Assembly: GCA_963691875.1 (NCBI GenBank)
Contig: OY829846.1
Span: 4,192,001-4,256,000 of the forward strand
Direction: 5' to 3'
Source: Aureliella sp.
GTDB taxonomy: Bacteria; Planctomycetota; Planctomycetia; Pirellulales; Pirellulaceae
DNA: 64,000 bases
Positions within the stretch are counted from its first letter, which is position 1, and every line of letters begins with the position of its first letter. The position numbers and the translations under genes are program-made. The notes below the pieces were generated by a model. The model made no database searches and had not been told where the DNA came from. It worked only from the letters and a program-made list of their open reading frames with translations. Below are positions 10,363 through 19,658 of this stretch, piece after piece.

Positions 10363-10686
10363 GAGCAGGTTCTACTACCGAGAGATTCGTCCAATGTTGA
10401 TCCATAAACTCTGGCTCGCCTTGGTAGAAACACGAGAGTGCCAATCGCTCGCCAATTTTGACTTTGCCGCCAGATGAAATCTTCCGTGAAACCTCGGAGA
10501 CGATGATCGCGTCGACGAGCAGCGAAAATCCCTCGCGCTTGAGAAACTGGCCAATTTGCACGCGTATTCCGGCGGGGTTGGATACGTAGGTATCCATTTG
10601 CGTTTTCTCAAAACTAGCTGGGAAGGGTAATTTAGTTCAGATTTAACTGCTAGAAGCAGGGGTAATCCTCGTTTCACATCGGCGAA

Positions 10687-10754
10687 GTGAGCCGTCCGCG
10701 CTAGCGTCGCGGCGAGGCAAGAAAACGCTAGCCCGCGGCTAACGCCTTCGGCTC
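10687..10754. repeat. REP-like palindromic element, family B copy 1
   Basis: GTGAGCCG...CGGCTC termini. The reverse complement aligns with 42742-42815 (shared CGCGGGCT, GTTTTCTTG, GACGCTAG, GGCTCAC). Confidence 0.75.
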
Positions 10755-10890
10755 CCAGATTGAAACTCTGATTTACCCTGCCTCTCGAAGGAACGTCTTG
10801 GTCGGCGTACCTCCAGTGGCGTAGAATAGGGAGTCTGATAAACCCAGCAAAGCACCATCAGAACCATCTTCAAAAGCGATCGACTCACCT

Positions 10891-13800
10891 GTGAGTTCTA
10901 TTCCCTCGTCACCAAAACTTTCGGTATCGCAAGCAAAACTGCTGAGCGATACGGACCGGCTTATTGAGCAAGCGCGAAGGCTAGTTCGTAGACGTGCCTT
11001 GCTCTCTTGGTTGAGCTTTTGCCTCGGCTTGGGAGCGTTTCTAGTTGTTCTAGACTGCTTTGTGCAACGAGAAGAATTCGGCTTGCGGCTGCTGTCCTTT
11101 GCTTCATTGCTTCTGGTCGCCGCCTATGCAAGCTGGAGAGTTCTTCGGCCAGCTTGGCAGTTCGATCCAAGTCGGCAGGACGTCGCTCGCTGGATGGAGT
11201 CAGGCGCTGTATCGGGAGGTAAAGAGACGGCTACAGCAATCCAGCTTGCTAGTATTGACGATCACGATGAGCGTTTTGGAAATGCTGCGTTTCGACAAGC
11301 GGCTATGGAACAATGGTCGCGACAGCAAGCCCAGCCTGCATGGGATTCGCTTCTCGATCGATCACAGCTAAAACGCTCTGTTACGGTCTTGCTTTGTCTG
11401 CTGGGAGTTCTATTGACTCTGGGCGCACTCTGGCCTGTCGCTGCCTGGACCGGAGTTCTTCGTCTGAGCAATCCGTGGCTGAGTGCTCCTTGGCCTAGAG
11501 AAGATAGTCTGGCGTTTCGAAAGCTGCCTGCGGCTTGGGCTCTGGGGGCAGAACTACAGCTAGAAATCGTTGATCAACGTCCTCCGATGCCAGAAGAAAT
11601 TCAGGTGCAGGTGCGCGATGCGGGAAGTAAGGAGGGGTCTGAATTAAATCTGCTAGCCAGGAATCTCGGCGACATTGCAGTCACTACCTTGCCGCCGCTA
11701 GAAGGTTCGGTTGAAGTGCGGGCTGTGGGAGGTGATGACCTCTCTATGCCTTGGCAGCGCGTCGAGGTAATTCCGGTGCCGAGTATCGAGGCACACGCAT
11801 TCTCGGTTTCGGCTCCAGAGTATTCCAACCTCGGTAGCAAGCAGCTCAGTGGCCAACGTGTCGAGGTTCTGGAAGGCTCTCAAGTCGAACTCCGGGGTAG
11901 ATTGGGCGAGCGTGTGAAATCCTTGCGTCTTCGATTTCGAAGCGATTCACGTATAGGCGAGCGTTCCATGCTGCCATCCCAGTCTGTCAGTAATCAATCG
12001 GAAACACCTTCGAGTTTGCCAAAGGTTGAGCTTACACGAGACGGAAGAAGGTTTGAGCTTGTGGGTGAATCGGGAGCGTCATGGTCTGCTTTGCAGTCCG
12101 TGAGCTGGCGCTTCGAAGTCGAAACGAAAGATGGCTTGGTAACCGAACTGCCAAGTCTTTGGGGCATCGAAGTCGTTCCAGATCTGCCTCCTGAAATCCG
12201 CTGGAAAGATCCTGACACAAGGCAAGTTTCCCGCGAAGCATCGATCGATCTTGCTGCCCAGGTCAGTGATGATCTTGGGTTGGTATCCGTGTCGATGTTT
12301 GCAGCGAAATCAGGAGGGCAGTCAAGCGCTGAGGTTGGGCCAGTTCCGCAAGAGGGATTCCCAGCCGAAGAGGATTCGCAGCTGTTGTATTCAGGTGGTT
12401 TATGGGAATCCAGCAATCCATCTGAGAACAAGCAAATACAAGTCGCGACCAAGTGGAGAATCGAAAATTATATTGACACGGAAGACTTGGAGAGCTTTGA
12501 AGTTTGGTTTCGCGCTTGCGATAGTCTGGGTCAACTTGCCGACAGTGATCGCATTACAGTGCGTCTGAGGTCGAAAGCTGAGATTCTGAATTCGATCGCT
12601 TCCGATGCAGAGCAGCTAGCGGGCCGAATCGAGCAAGTCTTGCAATCGCAGCGTCGGAATCGGCAGCTCGCTCTGCGTGTCAGCGAAGCCCTGCAGCAAT
12701 CGGGATTCGTAGATGGGACGGCCCGAGAGAATTTGTCGATTATTTCGCAGATTCAGGCGGTAATACGAAAGCAGGTAGGACTGAGTGAGGGAAGTTTGGT
12801 TGAGCATGTCGCCAGTATTGTCGCTGACTTGGAGCAAAACCAGCTGGCCGATGTGCCCCAAGCTGAGGAGATGCGACTGTTGCAAGCCGAACTGCAGAGC
12901 ATTGCCGATAAGAGTTTGGCTCAGGCGCAAGAGTTTGCTTCGCGAGCCAATCTTGCAGCTTTGGAGAGTGATGCAGAACCGAAAACGGTGAGCGCTGGAA
13001 TGGAAGAAGTCCTCGCGGCTCAAGCAAAAGCGATTTTGGAGCTTGAGTCGCTACTAGGAGATCTTTCGGCTTCCGAAGCTGGGCAAGCCATTCACCGGGA
13101 ATTACTCTCGATTCGGGACGAGCAAGCTGCGCTAAAAGCGAGTGCCGAGGATTTGCGATTGGATGAGATCGCGAATCAGAATTCGAATCAACACGAGCGG
13201 CGAAGGGGTGTTCTGTCTGCGGATCAGCGAGGTCTGGCTAGGCGAGCTGACGAACTAGTGCATCGGATTCGTGAGCAGCCAAGTGATGCGGCCGCTCCGC
13301 TTGCTTCTGTTGCCGATCGTATCCTGAAGGAGCGAGTGAGTGGACTCATGCGGCAGTCTGCCGAAGAGTTCTCGCGAGGCGATACCAGCGAAGCAGGGGC
13401 AACCCAGGACGAAACTCTACGAGCGCTAGACCGGGCTCTCGGACATTTCGGTTCGTCGGATGCCAAGTCGAATAATTTTGCAAATCGGGCTCAGGAATGG
13501 AAGCAACTCGGAGAAGCCCTTGGTGAGCTGTCCGCGCAACAACAACAGCTTGCCGACAAGATTGGTATTGCCGATTCGGATGCTTTGGCTGGTCTCGCCG
13601 AAGAGCAGAAAGACGTACTCAAGCGAACCGGGGACCAGCGAGACGCTGCCGAAGAAAGAGTGGATGCTCGCGTTTCCGATTTGCTTGCCAATGCGATGGA
13701 GTCGCAGCAATCCACGGAGGCGGGTCTCGAGCAGGGCGATGCATCGCAGGCGAGTGCTTCGGCACAGCGGGCAGCAAAGGCACTTGAAAAAGCCGCGGGA

Positions 13801-14472
13801 GCAGCAGAAGGCAAGGCGGCTGAGTTCGAACAGCAATCCAAGGAATTGGCGTTGGCCCGAACCGCAGAAGTTATTCGCGACTTGGCGGAAAGACAAGCGA
13901 TGATTACTGAAGGATTAGGGGATGCTGCTTGGGACGAAGCAGTGGCGATCGATGAAGCTGGGAGAGATAGTATTCGCGCCTTGGCTGCCGACCAAGAATC
14001 GATACGAAGGGACATGCAGCAAACACTTGATTTAGTTTCGGATGAGACAACCTTGCGTTGGACGCTCGATCAGGCCGACAAAGACATGGCTCGGACGGTA
14101 GCTGCAGCGCAAAGATTGCGTGTTCAGCCCGAGGCACGCGATAGTGCGAAAGCCGCCTTGAGCAAACTCAAGCTGGTCGCCGAGACCTTGAATCAACCCG
14201 ATTCCCGGCCTCAGCAGTCGGAGCCAAACGATCCCCAGGAAGGCGAGCAAGAATCGCAGGAAGAGTCGAATCGGTTTCCTCCCTTGATGACGCTCAAGTT
14301 GATTCGCGGTTTACAGGATGCGATCAATCAGCGTACAGCCGAAGTGCATAATTGGGAACTTAGTGAGGCCCAGAAGAATCCAATGATTCGAGAGCTCGCG
14401 CAGAGGCAGCAAGCACTTGTTGAGCAACTGGAGACTTTGTTGCAAGAACTTGCAGAGCAGGAGACAAAGTGA
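10891..14472 (+). CDS. Large membrane-anchored coiled-coil protein (DUF4175-like) of the MoxR/vWA module
   Basis: Three N-terminal TM segments, Ig-like middle (VVPDLPPEI...VSDDLGL), long Q/E/A-rich helical C-terminus ending LKLIRGLQDAINQRT. Confidence 0.75.
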   Translation: MSSIPSSPKLSVSQAKLLSDTDRLIEQARRLVRRRALLSWLSFCLGLGAFLVVLDCFVQREEFGLRLLSFASLLLVAAYASWRVLRPAWQFDPSRQDVARWMESGAVSGGKETATAIQLASIDDHDERFGNAAFRQAAMEQWSRQQAQPAWDSLLDRSQLKRSVTVLLCLLGVLLTLGALWPVAAWTGVLRLSNPWLSAPWPREDSLAFRKLPAAWALGAELQLEIVDQRPPMPEEIQVQVRDAGSKEGSELNLLARNLGDIAVTTLPPLEGSVEVRAVGGDDLSMPWQRVEVIPVPSIEAHAFSVSAPEYSNLGSKQLSGQRVEVLEGSQVELRGRLGERVKSLRLRFRSDSRIGERSMLPSQSVSNQSETPSSLPKVELTRDGRRFELVGESGASWSALQSVSWRFEVETKDGLVTELPSLWGIEVVPDLPPEIRWKDPDTRQVSREASIDLAAQVSDDLGLVSVSMFAAKSGGQSSAEVGPVPQEGFPAEEDSQLLYSGGLWESSNPSENKQIQVATKWRIENYIDTEDLESFEVWFRACDSLGQLADSDRITVRLRSKAEILNSIASDAEQLAGRIEQVLQSQRRNRQLALRVSEALQQSGFVDGTARENLSIISQIQAVIRKQVGLSEGSLVEHVASIVADLEQNQLADVPQAEEMRLLQAELQSIADKSLAQAQEFASRANLAALESDAEPKTVSAGMEEVLAAQAKAILELESLLGDLSASEAGQAIHRELLSIRDEQAALKASAEDLRLDEIANQNSNQHERRRGVLSADQRGLARRADELVHRIREQPSDAAAPLASVADRILKERVSGLMRQSAEEFSRGDTSEAGATQDETLRALDRALGHFGSSDAKSNNFANRAQEWKQLGEALGELSAQQQQLADKIGIADSDALAGLAEEQKDVLKRTGDQRDAAEERVDARVSDLLANAMESQQSTEAGLEQGDASQASASAQRAAKALEKAAGAAEGKAAEFEQQSKELALARTAEVIRDLAERQAMITEGLGDAAWDEAVAIDEAGRDSIRALAADQESIRRDMQQTLDLVSDETTLRWTLDQADKDMARTVAAAQRLRVQPEARDSAKAALSKLKLVAETLNQPDSRPQQSEPNDPQEGEQESQEESNRFPPLMTLKLIRGLQDAINQRTAEVHNWELSEAQKNPMIRELAQRQQALVEQLETLLQELAEQETK

Positions 14473-15269
14473 TGGCCGGTCGAATGAAGTCCAAGACACC
14501 AGTGTTCCTTATTGCCGCGATGGTTTTATTCTCTTTTGAGTCCTCGTCTTCGCTTGCTCAGGGCAACATAGAAGGGGCAGCATCGCAGCAAAAGCGAAGT
14601 GTTGATTCTCAGGAAGCGCAAGAAAATATAAAAGAACGTGAAGAGAGTTCTTCGTCGCTGACAGATGGGCTTCTAGATCTTCTAGGAGAACCGGAGGTGA
14701 CGAGTGATGCTTCGAAGGACGCGAAGCCGAGCATTTCGCCGAAAGATGTTGGGTTGGACGGTGAGGATCTTGGCGAGCAGCAGGATAATCCATTGGCCTC
14801 AGTCCGGCAGAGCATGGTGATTGCAGCTGAGTTTTTGAACCGGGGTGTGACAGGCGGTACAACGCAAACGCTTCAAGGAGACATCGTCCAGCGCTTGGAT
14901 GATTTGATTCAGCAAATCGAAGACGCACAACAAGATGCCTCTCAGCAAAGCTCGGCGGAGCAGAATTCGCAATCCGAGCAGCAGGAAACTCAGCGTCAGC
15001 AGGGTAATGCTGAAACGCAGACTCAATCGACCGAATCGGAGCAGAATCAAGACCAAACCTCTGGCAGGGACAACCCAGGAAACGACGGCGAGAAGAAAGA
15101 GCTTCGCACGGATCTCGTTGATCCAGGCAAGTTGCAGCTTGAGGTATGGGGGCAGTTGCCTGAACGGATTCGCAAGCAGATGCAGTCGCGGATGGTGGAG
15201 CAATTCTTGCCCAGTTATCGAGACCGCATTCAGTCTTACTTCGAGTCCTTGCTTCGAGAGGACCGGTAG
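14469..15269 (+). CDS. Secreted Q/E-rich hypothetical protein of the MoxR/vWA module
   Basis: Signal peptide; QGDIVQRLDDLI; C-terminal WGQLPERIR...FLPSYRDRIQSYF. Overlaps both neighbours. Confidence 0.75.
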   Translation: MMAGRMKSKTPVFLIAAMVLFSFESSSSLAQGNIEGAASQQKRSVDSQEAQENIKEREESSSSLTDGLLDLLGEPEVTSDASKDAKPSISPKDVGLDGEDLGEQQDNPLASVRQSMVIAAEFLNRGVTGGTTQTLQGDIVQRLDDLIQQIEDAQQDASQQSSAEQNSQSEQQETQRQQGNAETQTQSTESEQNQDQTSGRDNPGNDGEKKELRTDLVDPGKLQLEVWGQLPERIRKQMQSRMVEQFLPSYRDRIQSYFESLLREDR

Positions 15270-16393
15270 TGGGAATGCAGCTTGACAACGCATGCGCGCA
15301 CTCTGGTCACCAACGTGGCTCCTTTGCGCGACGCCCTGTCTCCCTTAATCGGCGCCGCGCACTGAGAGGGAGTCTTGGACTGCTAGCAGCCGCCGGAGGG
15401 ATCTATGCGCCGCCGGCTGTCGCGGAAGATCTGCTGCCTCGCACTGACCTCGACAAGCTGTACGACCGTGATGTGGATCTAGCTATTCGCCGTGGTCTCG
15501 ACTATCTGATGAAGAGTCAGAAGGAAGACGGTACCTTTCAGTCGCGCGAGCAGGGCCGCTGGGTGGGCGTGGTTTCGCTGGTTGGACTAGGCTTTCTTAG
15601 CCGTGGAGTGCGTTGTGGGGTAGGGCGAGCTGGTCAGGTACTTCAGAGGGCTGGCGAGTACGTTTTGTCTCAGGTGCAGGCAAGCGGTTTTGTTTCAGCG
15701 GCAGGGCAGACAAGTCATGGTCCAATGTACGATCATGGCTTTGGGACTTTGTTTCTCTCTGAGTTGTACGGTATGGCTCCTCAACTCGAGATTCGTCCGA
15801 AGCTTGAGAAAGCTGTGCGTTTGATTGCGCGGACGCAAAATAAGAACGGCGGCTGGCGCTACAATCCCGCCCCGCCAAGTCAAGCAGATCTGTCTGTGAC
15901 GGTCTGCCAGATGATGGCGTTACGCGCCGCGCGAAATGCTGGTTTTGGTGTTCCGAAGCAAATTATTGATCGTTCCGTAGATTACGTTCGACGCAGCCAG
16001 AATTCAGATGGCGGTTACATGTACCAACTGTCCGGTGGGGCCAGCAGATTTCCCATTACGGCGGCTGCAGTGGTTGCCTTGTACAACGCAGGTATCTACG
16101 AAGGGCCGGAAATCGAGGCTGCGACGAAGTTTTTGGAAGGGAATGCTGCGGGAAATATGCGCGTCGAGCGCAATAACTTTTACTTCTATGCCCATTACTA
16201 TTCAGCTCAAGCATTTTGGCATCGTGGCGGTAAAGCTTGGGAGAACTGGTATGGGCAATTGAAAAGAGCTTTGCTCAACTCGCAAAAGCAACAGGGAAGT
16301 TGGTTTGACTTCAACAGCGCGGAATACGGAACAGCAATGGCATGTTTGATCCTCAATATGCCGCGAACGGTTCTTCCGATTTTTCAGAAATAG
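15269..16393 (+). CDS. Prenyltransferase/squalene-cyclase repeat (alpha/alpha toroid) protein, probable Tat substrate
   Basis: RRRALR leader; QW-like repeats QKEDGTF, QNKNGGWRY, QNSDGGYMY, QKQQGSW; MYDHGF; DLSVT; YFYAHYY. Confidence 0.85.
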   Translation: MGMQLDNACAHSGHQRGSFARRPVSLNRRRALRGSLGLLAAAGGIYAPPAVAEDLLPRTDLDKLYDRDVDLAIRRGLDYLMKSQKEDGTFQSREQGRWVGVVSLVGLGFLSRGVRCGVGRAGQVLQRAGEYVLSQVQASGFVSAAGQTSHGPMYDHGFGTLFLSELYGMAPQLEIRPKLEKAVRLIARTQNKNGGWRYNPAPPSQADLSVTVCQMMALRAARNAGFGVPKQIIDRSVDYVRRSQNSDGGYMYQLSGGASRFPITAAAVVALYNAGIYEGPEIEAATKFLEGNAAGNMRVERNNFYFYAHYYSAQAFWHRGGKAWENWYGQLKRALLNSQKQQGSWFDFNSAEYGTAMACLILNMPRTVLPIFQK

Positions 16394-16405
16394 TCGAGGA
16401 AGATC

Positions 16406-17938
16406 ATGCAAAAGATAGTATTCAATCGGACGCTCGCGTTGCTAGTTGTTTGTATCTTCGTCAGCCCCGTATTGAGCCAGTCGACGACAGGACTCGCATC
16501 GCAGTCTTTTGATCTTGTAGTGCCGACTGCAAATATCAAATCGCAGGCTACCTTGAGTGCGATTCAATTGCAGATTCGCGGCTCTGATGGATCGGTGACC
16601 CGTTACGCACGAAGTCAACAGCATGATTCGGCGGATGGAAAGTGGTTGGGATACTACAGCACAGCTGCGCGGCAGATCATTCGTTGGCCGAGCTCGAATT
16701 CAGGAGGCCTTGAGATTGGTTCCGAAGTCGCAGGCCGAGTTGCGTATCGTCCCAGCAAAATGACGATTCGCGTTTCTCAAACTCGCTCGATGAATAAATC
16801 TGTTTTGCCGCCTGTGAACCCGGTCGTAGCCAGTCCCATCAATCAGCCAAGTGGCGCGCCAGGGCAGATTGGCGGTATTGTTGCGAACTTGGCGGCCAGC
16901 AAGTTTTTTGATCTAGTCTCGCAACGTAAGAAGCTTCCTTCGGCACAGATGCTACGCATCGCTACAACCGACGTGCGCGGGGCACCCTGGCTGCTCTCAA
17001 GAGGTTCTGGTTCAAGCTTGCGAGCGATCTCTTCCGGTTCAACGGGAGCGGATTGGTTTGCGACTCCAGTGGGACAAGGCTACATTCGCTTGCAAACTTA
17101 CCGTCAAGGAAAAGTTTTTTCTCTGTCTGCCACCAATCGAAACCATCTCGGCTTGGCGCCCGCCGCGCAGGATCCTCAGCAGCTTTGGATGGTGAGCGCT
17201 GGGTTGGGCCAGAATCAATTCTGGTTGCAGAACGCGGCTTTCCCGGGAACTTGCTTGGCCCATAACGGGGCGGGCGTACTCACCCTACGACCGCTTGCAT
17301 TCAATCGAGCGCAGATGTGGAGTCCTTACGTCGCTCCGCGGGTCACTGGATTCCAGCCATTTTATCGGAGTGTGACGTCGCAGTTCGTCGCCAATCCTCC
17401 TTTGCCACCAGCGAAACTAATCTTGGACAACCGGCATCGCTACGCCTTGGTGATCGCACTGGGGGATAGCCGCAGGGGCGCTGACTTCGAGCAACTCCGC
17501 ATTGAACCAGGCCAAAGCCTGACACTAGAACTGGAGCGTGACTCGGGTGCTCGGATTGTTGAAACAGTCGAATACCGGACCTTGCTCGGTGGCTGGAGAA
17601 GAGAAGAGTATGTCACTGCGGTCCCGCCTAGTGTGCAATATGATTTGAGTGTCTACGAGGAGCATCTGCAGTCGATCGCCATCGATCGAACCGGCACGAG
17701 CCCGAATCCCATCGAAGATGTCAACTACGTGCCCAAGAGCGTAGGATGGTTACCACTTCCTGTCGGTGAGGCACTGCCAGAGGTAAGTCGTATAGATCTG
17801 TATGCTAAGGCGAAGAAAGCGCGAAACCCTGGCGGAGTTCGACGCCTGGATGCCGAACAATTTAATGCCAAGACTCCAGCGCGGCCGCTCGAGCAGATCT
17901 TGGAACAGCACCAATCCGTCAGGCGCAGGAAGTTCTAA
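16406..17938 (+). CDS. Secreted protein with ricin-B-like (beta-trefoil) domain
   Basis: Signal peptide; QxW-type repeats (ADW, QLW, QMW) with G.GYIRLQ and FPGTCLA segments. Confidence 0.6.
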   Translation: MQKIVFNRTLALLVVCIFVSPVLSQSTTGLASQSFDLVVPTANIKSQATLSAIQLQIRGSDGSVTRYARSQQHDSADGKWLGYYSTAARQIIRWPSSNSGGLEIGSEVAGRVAYRPSKMTIRVSQTRSMNKSVLPPVNPVVASPINQPSGAPGQIGGIVANLAASKFFDLVSQRKKLPSAQMLRIATTDVRGAPWLLSRGSGSSLRAISSGSTGADWFATPVGQGYIRLQTYRQGKVFSLSATNRNHLGLAPAAQDPQQLWMVSAGLGQNQFWLQNAAFPGTCLAHNGAGVLTLRPLAFNRAQMWSPYVAPRVTGFQPFYRSVTSQFVANPPLPPAKLILDNRHRYALVIALGDSRRGADFEQLRIEPGQSLTLELERDSGARIVETVEYRTLLGGWRREEYVTAVPPSVQYDLSVYEEHLQSIAIDRTGTSPNPIEDVNYVPKSVGWLPLPVGEALPEVSRIDLYAKAKKARNPGGVRRLDAEQFNAKTPARPLEQILEQHQSVRRRKF

Positions 17939-17939
17939 G

Positions 17940-19235
17940 TTGTCTACGATTCTGCGCCCTGGCATCTCGAACTATCCAGCGCACGTGAAATGCGTTTTAG
18001 CATTGGTTGCTCTATCGCTTTGCACGAGCAATTGGTGCCAGCGCTGCGTCGGGCAGTCACTGCATACGCGTGATGATGTCATCGCCACTGTAGCCGCTTT
18101 GCAGTGGACGACAGATGGTTGGCAGTACGCGACGCCGGCTGACCCCAAGCTCTTTCAACCTGCAGATGTCGTTCGTTGGGGAAGTTGGAGCGGGGTGCAG
18201 CGCGAGCAGGCAGTATGGCTGTCCGATGGAAGCTGGCTCTGCGGAAATTTGGATTTGCTGAGCGACAAGGTCTTGGTACGTAGCGACTGGTTCGATCCCG
18301 TTGAGATCCCTTTGACTTCCCTGCGAGGTATTTTGCTGAATCCACAGCCTTCTTTCCGCGACTGGCAGAAAGTTTCTAGCTGGATGTCAGCCGCCGAAGG
18401 CACCGATGATCGGATTCTGCTTACCAGTGGACAGAAATTGCAGGGTTTAGTCAGCTTCATAGAACGTGATGAAGAACCGGCGAGCCTGCAGCTGGAAAAG
18501 AATGGCAAGAGCTTTTCTTGGGAGCGACCTGAAGTGCGCGCAATCGTATTCAGTCCTGCTCTGCTTGGGGAGATTCCCAAGAAGACCAAAGGCCAGTCCA
18601 TTGCGATCAGTGATGGTTCTTTCCTGAATACACGCGCTCCCGAAGCCTTCAAGAATCGATTCAAGCTAGTTACAGACGGAGGCGTGAATCTAGTTTCTAT
18701 CGACTCTGCACAACGTTTCTCGGAAGAGCTTCGGTATCTCCGAGTTCATAACGCATCGACCCAGTTTTTAAGTGACATGCCTGCTGCGCAGTACAAATAC
18801 TTGCCCAAGCTGAGCAGTCTGCAATGGGAGCTCGGGATAGATGAGGACTGCCTGGGCCGTCCGCTTCAAGTCGACGGTGGTGTGGTTCCGAAAGGAATCG
18901 CCATGCATGCCCCATCCCAAGTTGCCTTTCGCTGGGACAAGTCTGCAGCCAGATTGCTCGGAGAAGTCGGGTTCGTGGTGCCGCCGGCTGGGGGTGATAA
19001 GAGGTTAGGTGCAGTCGTCTGCAAAGTGCTCGTCGCCAGAAGCGGGAAGCTGCAAACCGTGAGCGAGTTCAAGCTGCATCGAGCGGGTGATGATCGAGTG
19101 CGAACCAGTTCACTTATCGATATTGATGTCACCGACGCACAATTGATCGTCTTGGTGGTCGAAGAGGGTCGGTTCGGGCAGCTTGGCGATCACATCCAAT
19201 GGCTCGACTTGCGATTAGAAAGACAAGGGGAGTAG
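17940..19235 (+). CDS. NPCBM/NEW2 carbohydrate-binding domain protein
   Basis: C-terminal GRPLQVDG...KGIAMHAPS...DVTDAQLIVLVV...DHIQW. Start placed at the in-frame TTG just after the upstream stop; the ORF-track start at 17802 overlaps the upstream gene. Confidence 0.75.
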   Translation: MSTILRPGISNYPAHVKCVLALVALSLCTSNWCQRCVGQSLHTRDDVIATVAALQWTTDGWQYATPADPKLFQPADVVRWGSWSGVQREQAVWLSDGSWLCGNLDLLSDKVLVRSDWFDPVEIPLTSLRGILLNPQPSFRDWQKVSSWMSAAEGTDDRILLTSGQKLQGLVSFIERDEEPASLQLEKNGKSFSWERPEVRAIVFSPALLGEIPKKTKGQSIAISDGSFLNTRAPEAFKNRFKLVTDGGVNLVSIDSAQRFSEELRYLRVHNASTQFLSDMPAAQYKYLPKLSSLQWELGIDEDCLGRPLQVDGGVVPKGIAMHAPSQVAFRWDKSAARLLGEVGFVVPPAGGDKRLGAVVCKVLVARSGKLQTVSEFKLHRAGDDRVRTSSLIDIDVTDAQLIVLVVEEGRFGQLGDHIQWLDLRLERQGE

Positions 19236-19658
19236 GTCTATTTGTCTCAATTGACCACCTATGGTGATCTTGGTGTCGAACTCTAGGCCTCTCTGCATAT
19301 CCCAGACTTACTTTTCGCTTTTTGTTTTCGGTATTCGAAAATTGCTGTTTTAAAGCCGTATACAAATTCTTCGCTGTCCCTTGCACCGGAATCTACTTTG
19401 TCCGTCGTAATGTGCAGCCACCAAACAATTCCTTGGTTCGTATCCGTCGACCACCGACATTCAACGCCAACGGTTTTCTCGAAAGCGACGAAGATGATTG
19501 GGATCGAATTATTGGCAGAATTTTGAACAAAAAGAGCGATGGATTTTTCTAGAATTCCTGCCACTGAAAGTTGGCTTAGTCCTCCTGATGCAACCCACTA
19601 TAACTTTTTAAGCCGGTCGCTGGACGCCAAGGGATTCGTGACCTCATCCACTAGAAGG

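Noticed and set aside
15269..16393. Squalene-hopene cyclase
   Set aside because: Only 374 aa, a single domain, no DxDD motif, and it has an export signal.
19283..19564. 93-aa minus-strand ORF
   Set aside because: No recognisable motif or RBS. It could be a remnant but cannot be supported.
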